In this document: piece by piece, positions 36,502-50,650 of the stretch
How the letters are laid out: every line of letters starts with the position of its first letter
Position numbering within the stretch: position 1 is the stretch's first letter
Assembly (NCBI RefSeq): GCF_963853765.1
Contig: NC_088855.1
Coordinates: forward strand, 13,764,001 to 13,828,000
DNA from: Magallana gigas
Lineage: Eukaryota
DNA length: 64,000 nucleotides
Reading direction: 5' to 3'
The notes under the pieces: generated by a model
Database searches by the model: none
What the model was told of the DNA's origin: nothing
What the model saw: only the letters and a program-made list of their open reading frames with translations
Translations under genes and position numbers: made by a program

Positions 36502-39500
36502 TAACTGTTGAGTTTTACTAGCTTGGTAAAAATTGACCGGTGGTCGAATTTACCCCCGTTTACCCTAATGATAAAATCATATCCTTAACGGTCAGAAGTC
36601 TGACTATGGAACGCCATAGCTGCCTTAATGTATGGTACATCATAGTACATATACCGTAATTGTAATAGTGACCAAATAGTTTTATGCTCGGACTCATTAC
36701 TTCATTTTTCTAACCGTTTATACATACATGTATGAATAAAGCACCAGTTATATGTCATTATTAACACCATTTAACGTGCTTATGCAACCATTATTAAAAT
36801 AGTTCTAAACAATTTATTGTATTAGAGGCACTTTAAAATATGTGTTAGTCACCATACGTTATATACTTTTTACCATATAACAAGGGCTGGTGACTATTTA
36901 ACTTGCAGAAACGACCCGTTATTTTATGTATCTCACCATGTATTATGACGTATCATACCTTAAGGCAGCTAGTGGATACTTTATCTTTAGAGGTTAGGTG
37001 TTATACATTGTTCAGACCATTTTCCAAAACGCCCATTTTGAAGATTCCACCAATCGAAAACTCATAGATATCAAAGTTAACATATCCACCAGCCAGATTA
37101 TAACATGTCCAATTTGGCACTTCGTGACTATATACATATACTTAATGTAACAACATATAATTAAAGAGTAACACCTACATTTGAGATGATTTGAGTTATA
37201 TTTTTTTCCTCTCCAGGGGTCCGCGATAGAAAACTGTCAATAAGCGATTGATAAAAATTGTATACAAACATAAACCACGGAAATACACTAGTTATACTGT
37301 TTATTTCATACACAGTCAGTCTTTTAATAACAAACCGTCTAAAGGTTCTTTCTACTGTCACAAAAAGGGTCTAGTGAAGGTATAATTTCCATCACATTCA
37401 ATTTTTAGTACTGACACGTTTATAAGAATATGTTTTTCTCAGCCCTCATACAATCGGTATGATACATGAATTTTATCAATATCATCACGTATATGTGCAA
37501 TTATAATATGTTTTGAGGCCGATATTTATGCATTCACTAGTATATCTATCGGAGCTCACTGATTAGCATAGTTATTTACTCTAATGGTATTTATTTTCAG
37601 GATTAAAATGGCTTACTTTAACTAATTTGATCCTCAGCAATGTTCGATAACTCTAAAGTATCTGGATTTCTTTTATTCTTACTTTAAATCTGACTTGTAT
37701 ACAGACAACTTTGGACAAGTATAGCTTTTTTTTTTAAAAAAAAGCTTACCGTCTTTAGAGCAAACTCTTAACAGCAATAAGTTTTCAGGGAAAATCGCTT
37801 TCCTCTTTATGAGGCAAATGTTTATATGTTCCATAAACGTGCGGGCCGGAAATTGAGAAATACCTCGTGCTTCTTATTTGAGATCAGTTTTAGTTGGGGA
37901 AAAGAGACCTCAGGAAAGATTGTATTATTTTTAAATAATCAAAGTTAATACCACAGCATTCAACGTCTTCGTATCAAAGTTCACATGTATTTTCTACCAA
38001 TCACAAAGAAGAAGAAATGTACAACACGGAGATTGTGTATCATTTCAACTACATGTTTGCCATAGTTGATCCATTAGAAATACTTCTCATGTACATATTG
38101 GTAAAGAGATCGAGCACCAGATACACAACTCGACTTGTTGATTCTTTTCATTATATCCATCGTGGGCAAATTTGCAATAAACAGTGCGACATTTAAGTCC
38201 GGACATGACAAGGTCCGGGCTTTTAGCTACCATTTCTGTTGGACATAGCTTACTTTTGTTTATATATCTTGGTGGGACATTTTACTTTGATCCTATCATG
38301 TCAGCATGAATGTACACGTTGCTCTAGTTTTCTTATAATTGTCTCTCAAATATCAAAATCCCATGGGATTTTGGTGGGATTTTTCATCCCATCTCAAACC
38401 CCACCAAAATCCCATGGGAGAAAAAGTACTGTGGGATAAATTGTCCCATGTGGGAGAAAAAATCCCATAATTGTTAAAAAATGGGATTAATTCTCCCATA
38501 TAGGACAAAAAATCCCACAAAATAAAGAAAATGGGATATATCCCATGATTTTTCACATAGGATAAATGTTCCCATATATCACAGATATTTTTCTCATGAT
38601 TTCTCATAATAAATTATTTCTTTTGTTATTTCACCTTAATTTGCACATAACATTAAACTCTGTCTCATAGTAATTGATTGGATCAACAAATGTACAAACA
38701 TTTCATGTTTTCATCTGATATTAATCTTTTAAAGACATGTGAGAATGTATTGTGTTGATTTTCTAAAATACTGTAGGTGCATGTTTGCTATAAAATGCAG
38801 ATTCTAATCCTCAATTAATAGTTATTATTTGGTTCTTCATTTTTAATCCATCTTATTAGACTTTCTTGTTATCTATCCCTTAGGAACTTATAATTTCATT
38901 ACATATTATATAGCTCTTTCTGGTAATTACCATAGGCGCTTCCCACCTAAAATCAGTGTATAAAAAATCCATCCCGAAAAGAGATGAATATTTGGCACAA
39001 TAATGTATAGATGGTGAGCGTCTAACAGGTGCAGTTCTTTACCTCAGCAGATAAGAATGACCTTTGTTGCTGTGCAGTAGGCCTACTAATGCAACGCTTA
39101 AAAAATACCTTATGCAGATTGTAAGCAACCAAATGTTTACCAAATGATGACGTTTTTTTCATATCTAATGCTCATAAACTTCATGTATACGTAGTCATTT
39201 CTCAACTCTGATCAGACTGATGTTCCCAGTGATGTTCCTAGTTTCCATCTTGGAGTGTAATAATTATGTTGAATTACGAACCCGATTGTTAAATACCCCC
39301 CCCCCCCCCTTTAAAAGAATTCGGAATACTAAGACAATCTCATATCATGTTTCATGAAGTCAGGTGCACAGAACAAGAACCACATCACCACATCGTCAAT
39401 AACGGCGATTGTCTACGCCGCATTGTTACCCATTAAACGGATTTTTTTAAATAAAAGAGAGTAAAATATAACATTTGGGGAAAAAAATGTTTTATATTGA

Positions 39501-40084
39501 CTTCAAAATCATGCTAAAATAACTGTATCAAGTTTTGTAGTTTAATTAAGTCATTATAGTGAGACTGTTTGGGTTTTTTTTTCAATGTGATTGTTGTTGT
39601 TTTGATACATGTAAGAAGGTAAGAAGACTTCAAATTGTCGCTAAGTTTAAAAAATTTCACAAACGCTATTTCTATAGGTTGGTTGCATCGAGCTCAGCTT
39701 GAGCGAGTTTCTTTACTTGTGTATATTGCCTGCATACGTGTAAGTAACAGTAGATCAAATAAGTGTATTTTAAAAATACATGCACATACATAGTACTAAG
39801 GACCAAAGGTGGCAATGTTGCAAACATCAACCTGTAAATTGCCAGACTGTCACCTTGATTAATATTCTTACCCCTCGGTGGTTCGTATTGTATATACATG
39901 TAATTATATCCTCGCGATCGGATGTTTAAGACTTGTTACCTGTAATTAAATCCGCGATGTACGGTTCTAGGATAACACAAAAGTGAAATTTTTGTTTAAA
40001 ATTCAATTTACTGGTTACAATATTATTTCCCTATAAAAGAAATTATATATGAATTTAATCATTTACCAAATGTTTCATTTTTTG

Positions 40085-40087
<3 letters not shown>

Positions 40088-40121
<34 letters not shown>
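40088..40121. repeat. (TC)n microsatellite
   Basis: Direct inspection. Confidence 0.95.
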
Positions 40122-40125
<4 letters not shown>

Positions 40126-40768
40126 TTTGCTTGCTTAAGTACTGTTTTAAAGTATACCAGGGACAAACGGTATCTATACTACCTACCTACATGTATAGTG
40201 CGGTCAATTTTTGATATAATGGAGATCTATGTGTAAAAACATCCTGAAAATTTTACTGCGGTCGCAGAAGTACTTTTCGAGATATTTGGGGAAAACCCGA
40301 TTTCACACCTTCAGAACGATTTTTAATCAAGCCGATTTGGCGCGGGATGAGCTGTGGCGTCACGGGGTCAACTACTATAATATGAGAAACAAGAATATCG
40401 CATGATAACTGTTTGTTTTCTTGCATTGCTTTTTCGATATATGAACATTTTTTTTAAATTTCCTTATCAACACTGACTTAATATACTGTTGTTTGAGTTT
40501 AAACCCATATTTTATTGAACAAAAATGCCGAAGTCGGAAACTTGTTAACGTTTGCTTAATGAATTTAGTCAAATATGTGACACGTTTTGCATCACATGTG
40601 TATTCTATGTAGCAAATTGACAATCAATCAAGGCACTGTTGTTATAAGAAACCTATTTTTAAAACATTTTTCGGATGTTTTTTCATGACATTAATAATGA
40701 TATTGATAAATTTATATGTTTTGTAAAAGGTGACGTGGGGGTCTATTCCTCGTATGAGACATAAAATT

Positions 40769-41112
40769 CAGGCACGAAGCATCGGTCGGGGGGGGGGGGG
40801 GGGGGCTTGCATTTACCATGTTTACATATAAAAAATTTAATTATCATGGAGCCTCCCCCCTACTTTTTGGGGGAGTATGTTAGTACTAATTAAGGAAATT
40901 AAGAGTGAATTTGAAGTTACAGATATATACCACGCCAGCTCCCGCCCTCCCCCACGGATAAGGATATAGAAGATTTTCAATGTTCCCTTTATTTTTTTTT
41001 TTTGTTTGTTTGCTTGTCAAGATTTTTTGGATGGGTCTGAGATGTAATTTCAAGCAGGTAGCATCGTTTTTGAATTGGGGGGGGGGGGGTCAAAAACGAT
41101 GCTACCTGCCCG
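40769..41112. mobile_element. MITE with imperfect 16-bp TIRs and 5-bp TSD (hAT5-like)
   Basis: AAATT|CAGGCACGAAGCATCG...CGATGCTACCTGCCCG|AAATT. Confidence 0.7.
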
Positions 41113-42520
41113 AAATTACATCAATATTGCCCGATTATTCATTTTAATATTGATTTCGGACTTATAGCAATCAAAATAGCATGCACATTTTAACAAACAA
41201 TCGAGGGATTATTAACGGATCAAGGCGAAAGTCCAAGATGGCCGCATGATGAAGTGTGTCTCGTAACTTCTTTGAAAATACGATAATGGAATTTTATTTT
41301 ACACTTATTTACATCCTTTGTCAAGATATGTTAAAGTTTCTTTCAGTTTTAATAATGATTCAGTGTCAGTATAACAATTTAAATAAGCTATTTGGAGTTA
41401 AATTGCTGACTATAGCGCTCGGAAGAAAGGTGTTCTTTATTGGACAAGAAATTAAGACCAGGACGTAATTACTTCCGAAATTATTACTTCATTATTACTT
41501 GATTGCATTTTTTAAACAAGGTTTAAATTGCTGAATTGTGAGTTTTGTCATTTTTTAAAAGATAAGTAACAATTAAGGCATATTTTGAACATTAGTTTCT
41601 TTTTGATAGTCTCATGCATGATTCTTTGACCACTGATTGACGGACTATACCCGTGTATTAGCTAATGAATGCTTATTTTACACAGTCTAATTTGATTTCT
41701 GTTTAAGCTGTTAATAATTGAGTAGCTAATTATACACAAATCAATTAACTAGTCTAGAGGTGTGAAACCTCCTCTTTGTTCACCAGACTCGTGTACCATG
41801 TGTATACATACCCCAGACACACGCGTGTATGGAGCCGTCTCGGGTCATCGTGTGTGAAGGGAGATTATGTAATCAAAAATTAACTGATTAATGAACATCA
41901 ATCTGTCCATGCAAGCATTTAAGATATCGTAATCATCGGTAAAAAAAAGGCGACGAGAATAGCCAAAATCCTTTAAAAAGAAACTTGATTGTAACAAAAT
42001 AATTACGGATACAAATTTCTAAAGCTACAATACTTTAAATAACTAGATACGTCAAAACATCAGAGCTATATCAATTTTTTAAATTTTTGACTGCAAAATT
42101 GAATTTATTTTGTAATGCTTTTTAAGGTAATTCCCTTCCTGTTGATCTCGTAACCTCTCTTCCGCATGTTGAATAAGCAAATTAATAAAATAATGTTAAA
42201 TATGTCGCCTTAATTATAGTTATATTATGTAAGTACATGTACAACAAATAACTTTCTATAATATCAAACTGCAAGCATTCATGCCATAAATACTCCATTT
42301 CATAGAGCTTTATTTGTGATGCTGAATTAGTAAATATAGTATTCTTCATTTGTTTATCTGTATATATTTTGTATTCATGTCGTTATATGTATGTCGAGAA
42401 GGTCATTGTGTACACAGCCCACAAGTCAGTGTTTTTGTTTTCTCTCAAGTTGCTTAGTTGCTCTCAATTATAAACTTGTATGAATAAGTTATGAATAAAT
42501 TTTGGAGAAAAATCAGTGCT

Positions 42521-42592
42521 GCGAGCATGATTTGATCCCACGCTAGTACAATAGTGCTACATACATCGACCTCCGAGCAGCCACTGCGCCAC
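42521..42592 (-). other. tRNA-derived Pol III promoter relic (SINE head-like)
   Basis: Minus strand: A box TGGCGCAGTGG (42591-42581) and B-box-like GGATCAAATC (42538-42529) at tRNA-like spacing. Confidence 0.4.
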
Positions 42593-43277
42593 TTCGCGCT
42601 TTAATTGTACGTGTGTTTTTTTTTAATATAAGGTAAGGCTATCTTTTTAAAAAGGAAATAAACTGAAAATCAAAAAAAGTAAAGCTAATTTTTTCTTCGG
42701 AATAATATATTCTTAAAAATATAGAGTATTTCACCCCTTGTTATGGTTCTTTATTCAAAATTTGTATAATTACTTTTTGATGTTTTATAGTACTACCAGG
42801 GACATTTATGTATATCACCGCCTGACATGGAATGCACCGATCCAGCTTGTTTTCCTTGGGGAGGTGGGGGGGGGGGGGGGTTGGGGGTTGGGTTCGGAGT
42901 GACATTTTAGTTTGCCAGGGGGTCAGAGGCATATTTTCGATATTTCTTTATGTAAATTTAAATTTTCAAGGGGGTCCGTCCGGTCAATGATACGCGTTTT
43001 GTCACTGCCGGTTTGATACTCAGCATAGCATTAGCTTTGAAATTCGTTATCATTTATATGTTCTAATTAGAAACCAATGATATTTTTTTCATTATAGCCG
43101 AAGCACTTGTTCATTCTTGAAAATGATTCTCAAAATCATGTATGTGTTGCATTTAACTTGGATTTACAGGAAATAATTTAATTGAATGATCAGCCCAAAT
43201 TTGTGGCATCCCGTTTAATACATGTTAAGAAGCCCGATAATTAACAGTGTTTTAAAACTTACACACACTTGTATTGA

Positions 43278-45353
43278 TTGGCAAGAAACGAATATATTAA
43301 AGCAACACAGCAGTTAATGTTGCCAGTTTATGAAAAGTTGTTCAATTTAGTTTTTTCGTCTGGTAAGATTCCCTCTATTTGGTTGGAGGGAAATATTATA
43401 CCAATATACAAAAACAAGGGAGTTAAAACCAACCCACAAAACTACAGACCAATCACTATACTAAGCTGTATTGGAAAACTTTTTACCTCCATTCTTAACG
43501 AACGACTGAATACATTTTCAGATGAATTTAACGTATTACATGAAAACCAAACAGGTTTTAGAAAAGAATATTCAACCATTGATAATATTTTTACATTACA
43601 TATTCTATTCGAACTTTTGAGAATGAAGAAGAAAAAACTTTATTGTATGTTTGTAGATTTCGAAAAAGCGTTTGATAACGTATGGCGAAAAGCATTGTGG
43701 TTTAAACTATTATCCCATAATATTTGTGGCAAAATGTTTAATATTATTTTCAATATGTACAGTCATATTAAGTCAAGAATTGTTTACAATAATGAAACCT
43801 CTACTTTTTTTCATTGTCAAAACGGAGTGAGGCAAGGTGAAAATATGTCAGCCTTCTTATTCTCTATGTACCTTAATGATTTGCATGACTTTTTAAATGA
43901 GTCTAATGTACAAGGTTTACCAACTATTACTGACATGTTAGAAAATAAGTTAGATATATTTTTCAAATTATTTGCTATATTATATGCAGACGACACTGTA
44001 CTGTTAGCTGAATCTCCCGAGGAATTGCAAAGAGAGATAGATTGCTTTCATACTTATTGCATAAAATGGAACCTGAAAATGAATATCGATAAATCTAAAA
44101 TAATAATATTTAGCAAAGGTAGACAGAAAGAAAACGTGCAGATAAAATATAACGATAAATTTATTGAAGTTGTTACTGATTTTAACTACTTGGGAATAGT
44201 ATTTAGCAGAGCAGGATCTTTTAAAATTGCAATACAGAAATTAGCCGAAAAAGCTACAAAAGCATTATATGAAGTGTTAAAAAAGGGGAGATTTCATAAT
44301 CTATCAGTACAGTGTCAACTAGATTTATTTGACAAAATTGTCCAACCTATACTGTTATATGGATGTGAAGTCTGGGGCTTTTCAAATATTGCAATTATAG
44401 AAAGAATTCATCTCAAATTTTGTAAACTTCTACTCCATTTAAAACAATCAACTCCAGATTTCATGATATATGGTGAACTTGGTCGATACCCACTTGAAAT
44501 TCAAATTAAAACACGCATTATTTCTTATTGGTCAAGAATACTTACCGGAAAAGATACAAAAATTGCAAAGTTAATATATGATCTAGGAATTTGTATGAAT
44601 CACGAAATTGGGGGGAAAATCCCTTGGTATGAAAATATCAAACATATTCTAAATAATTGCGGTTTATCTAATATATGGATTAATCAAACTATACATAACT
44701 CACAATGGCTAAAGGCAAAAATAAAACTCACGTTGGTAGACCAATTCAAACAAAATTGGCAATCTATTCTACAATCATCCCCAAAAGCTCTAAATTATAG
44801 AATTTATAAGGAAGAGTTGAAATTTGAACATTATTTTGATACATTATCAAAAAAAGATGCAATTACATTTTGTAGATTTCGAACATGTAATCACCATCTA
44901 CCCATTGAAAGTGGACGTTGGGCAAATATTCCCAGACATGAAAGATTCTGTGCTCATTGTAATAAGTGTGAAATAGGAGATGAATTTCACTACATACTTA
45001 GTTGTAACTCGTTGCAGCAAGAACGCAAGCAATGCTTATCAAATATAAATATAAAAATAAAAAATGCTATTAGTTTTAAATTTATAATGGCAAGTACAAA
45101 ACACTGTTCTTTGAGGAAATTATGTGCTTTTATTAGAAAAATAAATAAAAAATGCTCCCCAGGTTAGAACCCCCATACTTCACATTTGTATTAACGAGTC
45201 AGAGTTGTATATGTTTTTTTTTTCTCTCTCTCTCTCTCGCTTACGCATGCATTGTTAATTATTAAGAAATACCACATATTGTATTATTATAATCTCTGTG
45301 TACCATTGTGCAATGGTGTTGAGATTGAAATAAATGAATGAATGAATGAATGA
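43278..45353 (+). mobile_element. 5'-truncated non-LTR retrotransposon (LINE; CR1/L2/RTE-X-like group) with an open 629-codon RT ORF (43278-45167)
   Basis: RT motifs YRPITILSCIGKLF, QTGFR, DFEKAFD, GVRQG, YADD; C-terminal LPIESGRW...CAHC...GDEFHYILSC zinc-finger-like motif; no endonuclease domain; 3' end AATAAA followed by (ATGA)5. Confidence 0.92.
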
Positions 45354-47684
45354 GCAAAATGTGAATATAATAATCTTCGTTTCGGGATGGCATTGTAACG
45401 GGCTTAGCAAAACCAGGGACGTTGGTGTCTCACTGGCAAGACAACTACCATTTACTTAAAATGATATATGTCGCATTGATCCACGTAAATATCTTATGCC
45501 AAAAGCTATCTGAATCAATAATTCATTAATATTGATAGTAACGATTAAAAGTTGGTGAATAATGTTTACATTCACATAATAAAAACCGTGTTTGATTTCG
45601 TAGAGACGGAAGACCTTAATGATAAGTGTTCGGTAAAAATTTCTCGCTTCTGAACTTCCAAAAAAAAAAAATAATAAGAACGCAGAACCTTTAAAATGGA
45701 TGAAAAACAATCCAAAATTAATATAAAGATTCACAATTCACTCCTTGTATGTGCCAAATTTCCATTTTATCATGCAACTTGATAAAGTGGTTCACAGCCA
45801 ATTTCCAAAACTAGGAAGTGGAGTGAAGACTAACGAGGGGAATAATTTTGCTATCATGAGCAGTAAGTACATGTGTATGTTCTTAATTATTTTCTTCATC
45901 CAATTTTAGCCTCGAGCGAGTTCACCTGTGTCACGCGTTTCTGTTCAATCTGGTATCTGCTCGCACGTGTCTTACACGTGTATATCTCCATTCTTTGTAG
46001 AACAATAGGGTGCTAATTAATATACACATACTGACACCTGTAGATACTGCCATGTGAATTGGTAGATGCTTTAGGACAATAGGATAGTAATTAGGTATAC
46101 ACAGAATGTGTCTCCTTGGTCAGTTGACTTATCTATGAGGAATTCATAATGAACACAACAAAGACTTTTAATGCTACATGTACACAGCTGGCACATGTAA
46201 ATTAAAGCTTATTTGTAATTGACATCAACACAATATTTAAAAGTTATTAAAATTATATTATAAATGAAATGAATGTGCAAGTAATAAAATGTTGAAAGAG
46301 CAGATTATCATATATAGTCAATATAATACAAATCATTGCATTCACAAAACTAGATGCATTGATCTATATTGATAAAGTTTAAATACAGTTTTGTTACTAC
46401 ACTTGTATTGTTTTCATTTTAAGGAAATATTTATAAGTAATATGAACAGATCCATATTTCAATTTTGTCATTAGTACAATTGGCAACATTTTAAAAAACA
46501 TTATATAGTCTGGCATCATGTCTATTATAGACTGTGCACTGTTGCATTCTCTCATTGGGGGGGGGGGGGGGGGGCTTTTTTCAGGAACCGTTTCTGTCGT
46601 TATAGTCAAATTATTTTACTACTCCTATTACAAAGTAAACTAATATGTCAACTTATATTCTTCCAAAAATATTATACATGTGTATAAAATTATCAGTTAT
46701 TAATGTCAAACACCTGCCCATTGGACCTATGATAAGTCACTGTTAACACTAAGTTATGATTTTATGCATGGGCAAGAACTTAATTTGTCTTAATTAAAAT
46801 GCACAATGAATAAAATTTGCAGCTTGTCTTGGAAAATTACAAATGAGAGTTTGAATTTAGAAACTAGAGAAATTAGAGAGATTATTTGGAAAAAAAACAA
46901 TTTGATATAGTTTTTTTCTGAGATTGTAAACTAAGTTCATTTTAGAAGAAATTGGAATGTGTCCTCTACATGTATTTCGTCTACAGAGTTTTCATGTGCA
47001 CTCAGTCTAGACAAGTTCACCCTGAAATTGTGCAGTCTCTATTTTCAGGGGTAGTATACCCCACACCGAAACTGTGCCATTGTTGATCTAGCTAACAATA
47101 TGTTTAGGAAATTGTTCATTGAGATGTTATTTTCTAGGCAAAAATTTTCCTTTGATAGTTTGTATGTTCTTAATTTAGGAGTATTTAATATGGATATCCA
47201 TTTGCCATCTTAATTAGTTCATGTTCTAACGGCTGTTTGCTAATAAAATGAGTTAATATATACATGAAGTACATGGGGGCATATTTTCATAGGTTGCCAG
47301 CTAGTATATCTACATCATCTAGAATATAGACATTGTGCTTTTATGAATAGTCCTTGTCACACTACTACATGTACATTTTAATACGTGTATTGTCAAACAA
47401 CAATTTATGTACATGATATACCATATGACTGCCCAGAAGACAACTTCAGTAAATAATGAGTAACATAAATACAAGGCTTTTAGTTACTAAAACATCTTGT
47501 CAATGAATAGAAGAAGTCGATCAGAAATAATTAAGTACTACATGTAGGTAACTGCAAGTTAAAAATCAGAATTAATCCTTTAAAACCTATGGCCAAAAAT
47601 TTTCAGAGAGAGGGAGAGAGAGAACATACCCGGTATATATAATCATGTTCCTAATTAACTTTGAAACAAACCGAAATCATTCAT

Positions 47685-47687
<3 letters not shown>

Positions 47688-47744
<57 letters not shown>
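47688..47744. repeat. (GA)n microsatellite
   Basis: Direct inspection. Confidence 0.95.
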
Positions 47745-47746
<2 letters not shown>

Positions 47747-49590
47747 GTTGAACATTAGAGTTCACTGGTTAAAAATACATGTACCTGGTATGTATTCAGA
47801 GCTTTATTTAAGCTCATTGAGCATTGTTGAGTAGAGTATTAGGAAAAATTTAATATGTAACATAACTATTGAATAAACATTTAAGTGTTTGTATAGTATA
47901 ACCTCACAATATCCATAAAAGTACCACTGAGACCAACATAATACAACTGCATAATAAATAAATGTTATTTAAGAAACTAATGGGTTCTAGCCTCCGATCC
48001 GCCATTCAGTAAATATTTTAAAACAATCTTGACTAATAAATGTCAATCATATAATAATGATTCCAATATAAGTCAGATGAGCAAATCTAATATTTGTATA
48101 ATCTGTATGAGCTATAATTTTTGAGAACCTTAAATTTATCACAATGATGGGACCCAGTTCATTTAACAGGCATGGGGCAATGACTTTTTTCATAAAGGAA
48201 AAGCATGGGACAAAAACTTCCTTAGTATTAATTAAGTACCCGTGGGATGAACACTTTTTTAAAAATAAGTTACAATTCCCAACTCAAGAGGAACAATTAA
48301 TATCTTTAAACATATTTTATTTTTAAAAAAAAAATAATAAATTAGGAGGGAGTTACTCCCATTATTATCCAAAACTGTCTGACTTGCTCTCTTTAATTTA
48401 CACTAAAATTCTATGAAAAGATGAAATTAGAAAGCTTATGCAATTCTGAGAAAAAATATGCATCATATTGCCAATTCCATTGAGGTTTAAGAAAAATATA
48501 GCCATTTAAGTGAACCTACCATTTCCCCACTCCTCTATTTAACACAGATTCATGGGGCTCTCCTTTAGCAAAACATATTAACTTAATCTTTTGGACATCA
48601 ATTGTTGTTCAACCTCCTTGAATAAGAAACCTTATTCAGTACTGCATACATCTACATAATATTACCATGATAAAAGCATCAAATCACTTAGAAATACTCT
48701 TACATGTATTACACTCCCCGTATTTTGATTGTCAGAAAAAGCATTTATAGTTTGAAATATTTTACCTAATATTATGAAACTTGTGGCAATTTTCTTGGGT
48801 CATTTCTTACACATATTTGAAATAATCATCACTGATGCTAAGAAATTGCTCTTTTTTGGTAAATTGGATGATTTGTAGCATTTTTATTCACAACTAGACA
48901 TGCCATCCTGCATGTGTTTTTTTTTTGTTTCCATGAAAATGGAAGTTAACAATCATATTTAGTGAATATCTTATCTATTCTGGTTTCTAGTCTCCTTTTG
49001 ATAAACAGTAGGACCTGCAAGTATGATATGCCTACCTTTAATTTAAAAAAAATTAAAACACACCAGGGTAGCTGGAGATGGATATATATATAATTTCATG
49101 AAAAATGTTCAATTTTTACATGTATTTCTACATATTTGACGCATATATATATATACAATAAAAGGGTAAAAATATGTTGATTCTTGTTCGTTTCAATAGT
49201 AGTACCGTAATTATAGTAGCTAGATGTTATTTGAAGGTGAAGTGTACCTTTACATATCATACATGTATACGTAATGAAAGAAGGGAGATGATTTTTTAAC
49301 TAATGTAAAAACATCTTAAATATCACTTTTGCACAGGATACATACACTTGGGTTTTTAAGGTTGATACTATAATAACTACATTTGTTTACATGTAATTAC
49401 ATTTGTACTACATTTGAAAGAATTTTAAACATATTCTTAAAAAAAAAATGGGTTTATAATTTGTCAGGTTTCTTAATGTTATTTCATAAAACCAGAGAGC
49501 AACTTCACTGCAGATTTATAAATTTAATGATTAAATTGATAAAAACTGTTTTAAAAGTATTAATTTATTTTTATCTCAGTAATTAACTTA

Positions 49591-50650
49591 CAGGGGCGTA
49601 GCTAAGGCTGGCTTATTGCGGAAGCAAAATAAGGCAGAGGGTTTGGGGTCGCCTTGAGCGCCCCCCCCCCCCCCCACATGGGTACAGAGCGAAGCTCTGG
49701 TGGGGGCTCAGGACCCCGGAAGCCGGCGAGTTTTCAGCATTTCAGACACTTAATTTTGAGTATCCAGAAAAAGGAGTTTGATCAAAATAACCCCAGATTT
49801 TAATGTGTAAAATGATAACTTCATCATCATCATAAAATTAACGATAAAAAAAAGTAGTGCCTGATTTATAATGAAATTAATTCAAAACAATATGAGCTGC
49901 AATTTTCAATTTGAATTTGTCTTTTACAAAAATGTTATTTTCTACTAAAATGACAAAAAATGTCATGGTATTTAAATTTCTATAAGCTATATGTTTGTGG
50001 AAAAAGCCGTCAAGACGCCTTAATTGGAGCAAAATTGAATTATTATCCTATTATTATTGTCCTGTTCAAAAATTGAGCTGTTATATATTCCTTAGAAGAG
50101 AATTCTTTCTTTTGACAAAAATTAATGATGTTTTCAAATCTTATTTATCATAAAAGTTTAAGTTTCATGCAGACCTATTGTATTAGCAGGTTTTTGCACC
50201 AAAATAAAATTTTAAAAAAATACAGCTCATATTGCTTTAATTTATATCTAATAAGTTTTGTGCTTTCTCTCCTAATGGTCAGTAACATTTTTTTCTACAA
50301 AAATACTCTTATGATACAAAAGATTATTATATATTTAAACTTTAAGATTCCGTTATTTTATTCATAATCATTGTCAACCTGTCACTCAGGTTAGGTAATA
50401 TTGTATGCAAATAATAATAGAAAATATCAGAAAAGCAATTTATTATTTTTTATTTATTGAAAAAGAAAGGCAAGTCGTCTATGCTATTTCTCAGCAAATT
50501 CTGAGATACCAACAGCTTAGTTTAATATTTATTCCTAAAATTTTTTTTTCATTAATCAGCATTATTTAAGGGTTTTTTTAATTTATTAATTTTTTGGTGA
50601 AAATGATGTGGAAGCACATGCGTACTTGCGTACGCCTAGCTAAGCGCCTG
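49591..50650. mobile_element. 1060-bp non-autonomous TIR element with 5-bp TSD (hAT5-like)
   Basis: ACTTA|CAGGGGCGTAGCTAAG...CCTAGCTAAGCGCCTG|ACTTA; TIR matches 13 of 16. Confidence 0.7.

Noticed and set aside
42983-45445. A TIR element enclosing the LINE
   Set aside because: The candidate ends (GGTCAATGATAC vs GCCAGTGAGAC) match too poorly and no TSD is visible.
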